A stretch of 14,621 nt of DNA from Pseudomonadota bacterium (GTDB lineage: Bacteria > Bdellovibrionota_G > JALEGL01 > DATDPG01): the NCBI GenBank assembly GCA_043804515.1, contig JAZDIZ010000057.1, positions 1 to 14,621 on the forward strand, given 5' to 3'. A program made the translations under genes and the position numbers. The notes under the pieces are model-generated. The model did not search any database. It was not told where the DNA came from and worked only from the letters and a program-made list of their open reading frames with translations. Shown here one piece after another: positions 1-5,446 of this stretch (the first letter of the stretch is position 1; each line of letters opens with the position of its first letter).

Positions 1-103
1 TCAATTTTCGTCCTAGGCAGATCTCAGGGTCCTTAAATGAAGTAATGGGAAAAGGTGCGGACGCTTCGGAATTCGGTCTAGTGACCGATTTTCAACCGCG
101 CCT

Positions 104-559
104 ATGGCGGCTCAGAAAATGGGTGTGGTGTCCCCCGATTATGCCGATTCCTCTACCAAGTCGGGGAAGCCGAGAATGGTGAGGGCTACCTCTGACCTCC
201 TGGCAGCGCTGGAGAAATGGCGACAGTTGAGCGGCAGAGGAGCCGGGCTAATTTGTAGTCCTGAAGGGTTCCAGCCGGTTTCTTATCGGAACATTCAGTT
301 CCGGTTCAACCGGATCTTCCAAAAGCTCGGATTGCCTTTCAGATCCACTCACATTCTCCGGCACTCCTTCGCGACAGACTTTCAGTTGAGGACCAAGGAT
401 CCCCTCGCTCTGAAGGAGATTCTCGGCCATGCGGATCTTCGACAGACTGAAGTCTATGCGAAGATCACAGAGGCCATCACCCAGGAGGCAATGCAGACCT
501 ATGATGCGAGTCTCCAGGAGGGTGGAAAAGTCCTCAAAATCGGGGTTCCGGCTAGGTGA
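104..559 (+). pseudogene. Tyrosine recombinase/integrase, C-terminal fragment only (probably truncated remnant)
   Basis: TKSGKPR (catalytic Lys patch), HILRHSFAT (HxxR box II) and LGHADLRQTEVYAK (His and catalytic Tyr) are present. The box I Arg motif (TGxRxxE) is absent, and in-frame stops lie upstream (TAG 14-16, TGA 38-40). The ORF ends 73 bp from a tRNA-Ser 3' end. Confidence 0.85.
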
Positions 560-632
560 GGCTAGGTGGCGACAAGATTCAAAGGCCACCCGAAGCGCAA
601 GTGTTGGAAGTTACAGGATCAAGGGAAAGTAA

Positions 633-722
633 TGGCGGAGAGAGAGGGATTCGAACCCCCGATACCCTTACGAGTATACCTGATTTCGAGTCAGGCGCCT
701 TCGACCACTCGGCCATCTCTCC
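633..722 (-). tRNA. tRNA-Ser(CGA)
   Basis: Minus strand reads GGAGAGATGGCCGAGTGGTCGAAGGCG-CCTGA CT CGA AA TCAGG-long variable arm-GGTTCGAATCC-CTCTCTCTCCG-CCA. Class II cloverleaf with encoded CCA. Confidence 0.97.
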
Positions 723-807
723 GCTAAATGATCAGATATCAGACTGAACGAAAGGTAGCACAGGCCCGGGCAAAGGGGGATTCGAAAAACCGGCGCCTTC
801 CCTCCGG
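723..807 (-). repeat. 85-bp element upstream of tRNA-Ser(CGA), copy A; contains putative extended -10 (TGC-TACCTT)
   Basis: Ungapped manual alignment to 4794-4878 (+) gives 72/85 identities. Confidence 0.9.
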
Positions 808-818
808 CCATCTCTCCG

Positions 819-1274
819 CTACTTACCCCGGCGGTGCTGGAAGAACTCCTTGAGTAACTGCGCGCATTCCAGCTCCCGGACACCGCCAACCACGTCGATC
901 GTGTGGTTGAGGCCCAGCGTTTTCTCATGTTCCTGAATGAAACGCAAAGCGCCTCCCTTGGGGTTGGGGCAGCCTAAAACGACTCTTTTTACGCGGGCCA
1001 GGTACAAAGCGCCGGAGCAAAGAACGCAGGGTTCGGCTGTGACGTACATCGTGGATTCCACGAGCCTCCAGTTCCCGAGCGTCTCGGCGGCGTGTCGAAG
1101 CGCCAGGATTTCGGCATGTGCGGTGGGGTCGTTTCGTGTTTCCCGCTCGTTGGCCTGGCAGGAGTAGATCTGGTCCCCGATCACGAGGATGGCGCCGATG
1201 GGCACCTCGGCGACATCGGCGGCCTGCCGGGCCTGGCCGATGGCTAACCCCATGAAGTAGTTGTCGTCCAGCAT
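819..1274 (-). CDS. tadA: tRNA-specific adenosine-34 deaminase
   Basis: EVPIGA, NDPTAHAEI, EPCVLCSGA (HxE and PCxxC zinc motifs) and C-terminal LLKEFF. 151 aa, adjacent to tRNA-Arg(ACG). Confidence 0.95.
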   Translation of the reverse strand: MLDDNYFMGLAIGQARQAADVAEVPIGAILVIGDQIYSCQANERETRNDPTAHAEILALRHAAETLGNWRLVESTMYVTAEPCVLCSGALYLARVKRVVLGCPNPKGGALRFIQEHEKTLGLNHTIDVVGGVRELECAQLLKEFFQHRRGK

Positions 1275-1399
1275 GCTGCGGGCGAATTAACCTTTGGAAG
1301 ACGTGGGGTCAAGCGGAATAGGGCTCTTGGGGCAGCATTCGCAAAGGAAAGCGCTTTACAACCAAGCGTGCGTTAAGTAACCATGCGTCAGCATTCGGG

Positions 1400-1476
1400 G
1401 CGCCCTTAGCTCAGCTGGATAGAGCGGCGGACTACGGATCCGCAGGTCAGGTGTTCAAATCACCTAGGGCGCACCA
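1400..1476 (+). tRNA. tRNA-Arg(ACG)
   Basis: GCGCCCT/AGGGCGC acceptor stem, D arm GCTC..GAGC, anticodon arm GCGGA CT ACG GA TCCGC, T arm AGGTG TTCAAAT CACCT, ACCA end. Confidence 0.97.
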
Positions 1477-1498
1477 TTCTCTCTCTCACGCGTAGACG

Positions 1499-3166
1499 CT
1501 AGCCCTGGGCCACCCACCCGAGCAGCGTTTCCAGCCCCTGCCGGGAACCTTTCTTCAGATGGAAACGTACGACCCGCCGGCCGCGCGTGGTGAGAGCTTC
1601 GAAGTCGCCCAAGGCTTGCGCGGTTTCCAGCGTGCGGAAATCGTAGGCCTTGCCCGGAATCGGGAGTGTCCGATCCGAGTCCTGTGTGATTTCGATGAAG
1701 AGGCCGTTGGGCGCGCCCCCCTTATGCAACTGCCCGGTGGAGTGGAGATACCGCGGGCCGAACCCGATCGTTGTGGCGCGGCCCGTGGCTTTCGCCAAGG
1801 CCGAACGGAATTTCCCGAGCGCCTCCGTGTTCTGCGCGGAGTACGGCAGAAATGCCAGAACGGCCACATAGTCGCCGCTCACGGCCCTGCGCAAGTGGGC
1901 GCGCATCGCGTCGGCGCCTGTGGAGACCCGATCCAGGCCGGTGTCTCCCCACACCGAAATGCCCGAGTCTTCGACGAGAGGAGGGGGCTCTTCCAGGCGG
2001 CCCGACGAACGGAACTCGTCCAGACGTTTCTTCGTGAGGATCTTGCTCTCCTCGACGTTCGGTTGATCGAAGGGGTTGATCCTCATCACGTGCCCCGCCA
2101 CGGCTGTCGCGATCTCCCATTTGAGGAACTCCCCGCCCAGATCGTAAAGATCGTCCAGTTCGATCACGGCTGCAGGGCAGCGGAGGCGTGCGAACTCCTC
2201 CAGCCGCCGATCCACGTCCCGGTTTTGCCCGTTTCTTAAGCGGATCGCCACGGCGATACGATCGGAAGCGTCGATCTTCGCATCCGAAGGCTCGTCATCG
2301 ATAGGCACGATCCCTTTGCCTTCCTTACCCGTGCTTTCCGCGGCAAGCTGCTCGATCCACGCTCCGAACGCTTGGATTTCGGGCGAGAGGAGCAGCGTGA
2401 GTTTGTTGCGGCCCCGTTCGGCCGCCTCACCCATGAATGTTCCGAGTATGAATGCCACGTTGTCCCGCTCCTGAATCGTGGGTCCGCACGTCACCGACAT
2501 CTGGATCGCGGAGCGCAGGAACTTTTTGAGATCCATGCCCAGGAGGGTGGCCGGGACGAGGCCGAAGAGCGAGAGCGCCGAATACCTGCCTCCGATATCC
2601 GCGGGATTCAGGAACACGCGGCGATACTTTCGGTCCGTGGCCAATTTGTGAAGCGGGGTGCCCGGGTCGGTAACGGCCGCCATTCGTGCCGGGTCCTTTA
2701 CCTTGGCGAACACGTACTCGTGCAGGGCGTCCACCTCAATCGTCGTGCCCGATTTGGACGCCACGAGGAAGAGCGTTCGTTTGAGGTCCAACTTGCTTTC
2801 CACGTCCGAAATCTGGTCCGGGTCCGTGGAATCCAGGACGTGAAGTCGGATTCTTCCCTGGGGTGGGAACGTGAGGCGCAATAGATCGGGGCAAAGACTG
2901 GACCCGCCCATCCCGATCAGAACCGCATCGGTGATTCCCCCCTGCTCCAATTCGGCCCGGAAGGATTCCAGTTTCGGAATCTCGGCCGCCATCTTGTCGG
3001 TCACGTGGAGCCATCCGAAAGACTCCCGGATTTGCGTCTGCTGGGCGGGATCGGCCGTGAAAAGAGACACGTCCAGATTCCAGAACCTGCGGGCCCACTG
3101 TTCGCCCGCGAAACTCCGGAGTTTTTGCGCAACGGGGAGGTCGAGGTCGTAAAGATGGATTTGCAT
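1499..3166 (-). CDS. pgi: Glucose-6-phosphate isomerase (type resembling the PGI domain of transaldolase/PGI fusions)
   Basis: GMGGSSL, SKSGTTIE, DIGGRYSALS, EQLAAESTGKEGKG, NPFDQPNVEESK and GPRYLHSTGQLHKGG motifs. Start placed at ATG 3166 (MQIHLY) because the longer track ORF overlaps two real genes. Confidence 0.92.
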   Translation of the reverse strand: MQIHLYDLDLPVAQKLRSFAGEQWARRFWNLDVSLFTADPAQQTQIRESFGWLHVTDKMAAEIPKLESFRAELEQGGITDAVLIGMGGSSLCPDLLRLTFPPQGRIRLHVLDSTDPDQISDVESKLDLKRTLFLVASKSGTTIEVDALHEYVFAKVKDPARMAAVTDPGTPLHKLATDRKYRRVFLNPADIGGRYSALSLFGLVPATLLGMDLKKFLRSAIQMSVTCGPTIQERDNVAFILGTFMGEAAERGRNKLTLLLSPEIQAFGAWIEQLAAESTGKEGKGIVPIDDEPSDAKIDASDRIAVAIRLRNGQNRDVDRRLEEFARLRCPAAVIELDDLYDLGGEFLKWEIATAVAGHVMRINPFDQPNVEESKILTKKRLDEFRSSGRLEEPPPLVEDSGISVWGDTGLDRVSTGADAMRAHLRRAVSGDYVAVLAFLPYSAQNTEALGKFRSALAKATGRATTIGFGPRYLHSTGQLHKGGAPNGLFIEITQDSDRTLPIPGKAYDFRTLETAQALGDFEALTTRGRRVVRFHLKKGSRQGLETLLGWVAQG

Positions 3167-3229
3167 GGCGGGGAAGATGATAGTCAGCCGTCGTGGACAC
3201 GTCGAGGGGATCCCTATAAAAAGGAAGGC

Positions 3230-3589
3230 ATGAATTCCGAACCGCATCGGCTGAAGGACAGCCCTCCCTGGGGCCGCTGGGAAGTCCTTCTGGATGAACC
3301 TTCGTACAAAGTGAAGCGGATCACGGTTAATTCCGGGAAACGGCTGAGCTATCAAAAACACGCCCGGCGGCGTGAGCACTGGATGGTGGTCGAAGGGGAG
3401 GCGGTCGTGACGCTGGACGGACGGGCTGCGCGTCTCAAGCAGGGGGAGGCAATCGACATTCCCGCGGGGACCGCACACCGCGTCGCGAACGAGGGATCCG
3501 CGCCCTTGGTTTTTATCGAGATCCAAACGGGGAACTATTTCGGAGAAGACGACATCGTCCGTTTGGAGGACGATTTCGGCCGAATCTGA
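3230..3589 (+). CDS. Stand-alone cupin, mannose-6-phosphate isomerase type II C-terminal domain-like
   Basis: PWGRW..YKVKRITV..G.RLSYQKH.RR.EHW.VV.G and IEIQTGNYFGEDDIVRLEDDFGR signature. AAGGAAGG RBS before ATG 3230. Confidence 0.92.
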   Translation: MNSEPHRLKDSPPWGRWEVLLDEPSYKVKRITVNSGKRLSYQKHARRREHWMVVEGEAVVTLDGRAARLKQGEAIDIPAGTAHRVANEGSAPLVFIEIQTGNYFGEDDIVRLEDDFGRI

Positions 3590-4194
3590 CGGCTCCGCTT
3601 GCGCGCGGCAGGACCCGGGCGCCCTTTGGAGACGAAGGGGGACCCGGCGATATAGAAACGATATTGGAGTTCGGTAGCGGCACTGATTCCGACGCGGCCG
3701 CTTCGAGTCCGCGAAATACGTTCCCGTTTCGGATCCATCTCGATCCAAAGTGCCTTTCCACCCAAATCCGCGCCGTTCAATTTTCGGTCGATCGCCAGGG
3801 CTTGGCTGAGTTTCCCGGGGCCCGAGGCCAGATCGGTCACGCGGCGTTTCTTTCTTCGGCGGCACATGAACGGGAGCCCCTCCCGAGGCTCCAGCGCCCG
3901 GAGTAAGACCGCGCTCGCCTTTCCCTCCCGGCCGGTCACGACGTTCACGCAGAAGTGATTCCCGTACGTGAAATAGACATAGGTCCGTCCGGCGGGGCCG
4001 AACATGACGGCGTTCCGTTCGGTTTTTCCGCGGAACCCGTGGGACGCGGGGTCTTCGCTTCCCATGTACGCCTCGACTTCCACGATTCGGCCGGAAATCC
4101 GTACGCCCCCCACGTTGCGCACCAGCAATTTTCCGAGCAGCTTTGGCGCTACGGTAAGGGCTGAGCGGGCATAGAACGACTTGGCCAGCTTCAT
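3535..4194 (-). CDS. mpg: DNA-3-methyladenine glycosylase (Mpg/AAG family)
   Basis: VAPKLLGKLL, GRIVEVEAY, DPASH, MFGPAG..YVYFTYGNHFCVNVV, AVLLRALEP, GPGKL and RVGIS motifs. Start ATG 4194. Confidence 0.93.
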   Translation of the reverse strand: MKLAKSFYARSALTVAPKLLGKLLVRNVGGVRISGRIVEVEAYMGSEDPASHGFRGKTERNAVMFGPAGRTYVYFTYGNHFCVNVVTGREGKASAVLLRALEPREGLPFMCRRRKKRRVTDLASGPGKLSQALAIDRKLNGADLGGKALWIEMDPKRERISRTRSGRVGISAATELQYRFYIAGSPFVSKGRPGPAARKRSRQIRPKSSSKRTMSSSPK

Positions 4195-4198
4195 AAGG

Positions 4199-4744
4199 TC
4201 AGAACTGGTACCCCAACTCGCCGAAGTACCCCAACGCTGCCGTAAATGAGTCGGACTTGAACAGCCGTTTGTATTGGACACCGGCGCCCGCGAAGCCAGA
4301 GCCGAAATGGAAGTTCAAGCCGCCTCCACCTTCCAATTCGAAAGCTCCGCTCACGTATTTGATGAGGCCGGGCCCGGCTTCCAGATAAGGCCGGAGAGAG
4401 ACGCCGCGTGAGAAGAACGTGTATCGGATCTTCACAAGGAGGTCGTAGAAAAGCTCCGCCTTTCCGGTCGCCCGTTCGGTGCCTCCGCCGCCTCCCAGTT
4501 TGAAAGCTGAAATCCAGGAATCGGACTCCCCGCTGAAGCCGAATTCCTTTCGAAGGTTCAAGCCGATCAGGACGTAAAGGAGCACCGGATCGGTCACGAC
4601 GTGCTGTCCGGAACCCAGAACCATCGCCTTTCCCGCCTCGACCGACACGAACCCGGCTCCGAAATCGATCTCGTCAAAGCTCTCGTCGGCGTGGAGGACC
4701 ACCGGCCAGGCGAGGAAGATCAGGAAAATGAACAATGATCGCAC
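4199..4744 (-). CDS. Small outer-membrane beta-barrel protein, function unknown
   Basis: Signal peptide (VRSLFIFLIFLAWPVVLHA/DE), alternating amphipathic strands (LRPYLEAGPG, GGGLNFHF) and C-terminal GELGYQF Bam-type signal. The start (GTG 4744) is uncertain. Confidence 0.75.
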   Translation of the reverse strand: MRSLFIFLIFLAWPVVLHADESFDEIDFGAGFVSVEAGKAMVLGSGQHVVTDPVLLYVLIGLNLRKEFGFSGESDSWISAFKLGGGGGTERATGKAELFYDLLVKIRYTFFSRGVSLRPYLEAGPGLIKYVSGAFELEGGGGLNFHFGSGFAGAGVQYKRLFKSDSFTAALGYFGELGYQF

Positions 4745-4793
4745 GCCCCAGAGCTTACTTCGGAAATTGGGGACACGTACCAAAAAAGTCGGT

Positions 4794-4878
4794 CCGGAGA
4801 GAAGGCGCCGGCTTTTCGAATCCCCCTTTGGCCAGGCCTGTGCTACTTTCCATTCAATCTGTTATCAGACCATTTGAC
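4794..4878 (+). repeat. 85-bp element upstream of tRNA-Ser(GGA), copy B; contains putative extended -10 (TGC-TACTTT)
   Basis: 72/85 identity, ungapped, to the reverse complement of 723-807. Confidence 0.9.
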
Positions 4879-4971
4879 GGAGAGATGGCCGAGTGGTTGA
4901 AGGCGCACGCCTGGAAAGCGTGTAAACCCTCAAAAGGGGTTTCGGGGGTTCGAATCCCCCTCTCTCCGCCA
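4879..4971 (+). tRNA. tRNA-Ser(GGA)
   Basis: GGAGAGATGGCCGAGTGGTTGAAGGCG-CACGC CT GGA AA GCGTG-long variable arm AAACCCT CAAA AGGGGTTT-GGGGGTTCGAATCCCCC-TCTCTCCGCCA. Confidence 0.97.
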
Positions 4972-4972
4972 G

Positions 4973-5158
4973 CTCACGTAGTGAGATGGCGGAAATCTCA
5001 ATAATTCAAATGCGAGCTGGCGAGCATTTGCTCCCTGAAGGGGGATTCGACCGCCGGAGGCTGCCGGGCACCCCTTGGGTGGCAGCCGAGGCGGGGGCCG
5101 GAGGCAAAAATTGCGATGCGATTTTTGACCGTAGGCTGAATCCCCCTCTCTCCGCCAG
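4973..5158 (+). mobile_element. 186-bp hairpin-rich tRNA-linked mini-element ending in a duplicated tRNA 3' end
   Basis: Exact 21-bp direct repeat GAATCCCCCTCTCTCCGCCAG at 4952-4972 and 5138-5158, with several internal inverted repeats. Confidence 0.7.
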
Positions 5159-5159
5159 A

Positions 5160-5192
5160 ACAAAGGCTTCGACATTGTGTCGGGGACTTTGT
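5160..5192. terminator. Imperfect stem-loop, possible terminator between the tRNA-Ser transcript and the convergent lipoprotein gene
   Basis: ACAAAG GCTTCGACA TTG TGTCGGGGA CTTTGT. The U-tract is weak. Confidence 0.5.
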
Positions 5193-5446
5193 CATGTTGA
5201 GGGGGAATGAAGAACACCCGTTAGTCCAAGGCCAGCGTTCCCAAATCACAAAACCCTCTTGTTGATCCTTCAAGGCTTTGCGAAATCTCCGGCGACCGAT
5301 TGAAATGCCCAAGCGCCTGCCGAGGATAAATATCGGTGGGGATCCCCGGCAAAAGGCGTGACGCTGGAAAATGATCAGTTTCGGCGGAGATCCAGATACG
5401 ACTCAAACGCCGAGCGCGAGAGGTGGTGTTCCTCGATCCCGCTGGT

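Noticed and set aside
598..615. IHF-like site between the integrase and tRNA
   Set aside because: Several mismatches to WATCAANNNNTTR, so it cannot be supported on its own.
556..747. 63-aa ORF containing GGERGIRTPDT
   Set aside because: Typical translation of an antisense tRNA gene. The same applies to the ORFs at 4735-5004, 4930-5217 and 4986-5210.
3535..3589. Convergent 3' overlaps (cupin/mpg 55 bp; also SSS/permease 26 bp and hypothetical/pepE 8 bp)
   Set aside because: Ordinary tail overlaps in a compact GC-rich genome, involving low-complexity C-termini.
3167..3865. 233-aa N-terminal extension of the 788-aa PGI ORF (possible transaldolase fusion)
   Set aside because: It has no transaldolase motifs and is an antisense/alternate-frame read-through of the cupin and mpg genes.
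4829..4843. GG-N10-GC sigma-54-like spacing in the tRNA-Ser(GGA) leader
   Set aside because: The GG is not conserved in copy A (TGCCC) and the match to consensus is poor. An extended -10 is more plausible.
4952..5158. Possible CRISPR mini-array
   Set aside because: Only two repeats, identical to a tRNA 3' end, with a 165-bp gap and no cas genes.
5193..5446. Short ORFs in the spacer downstream of the vWA gene
   Set aside because: No RBS, motif or recognisable homology.
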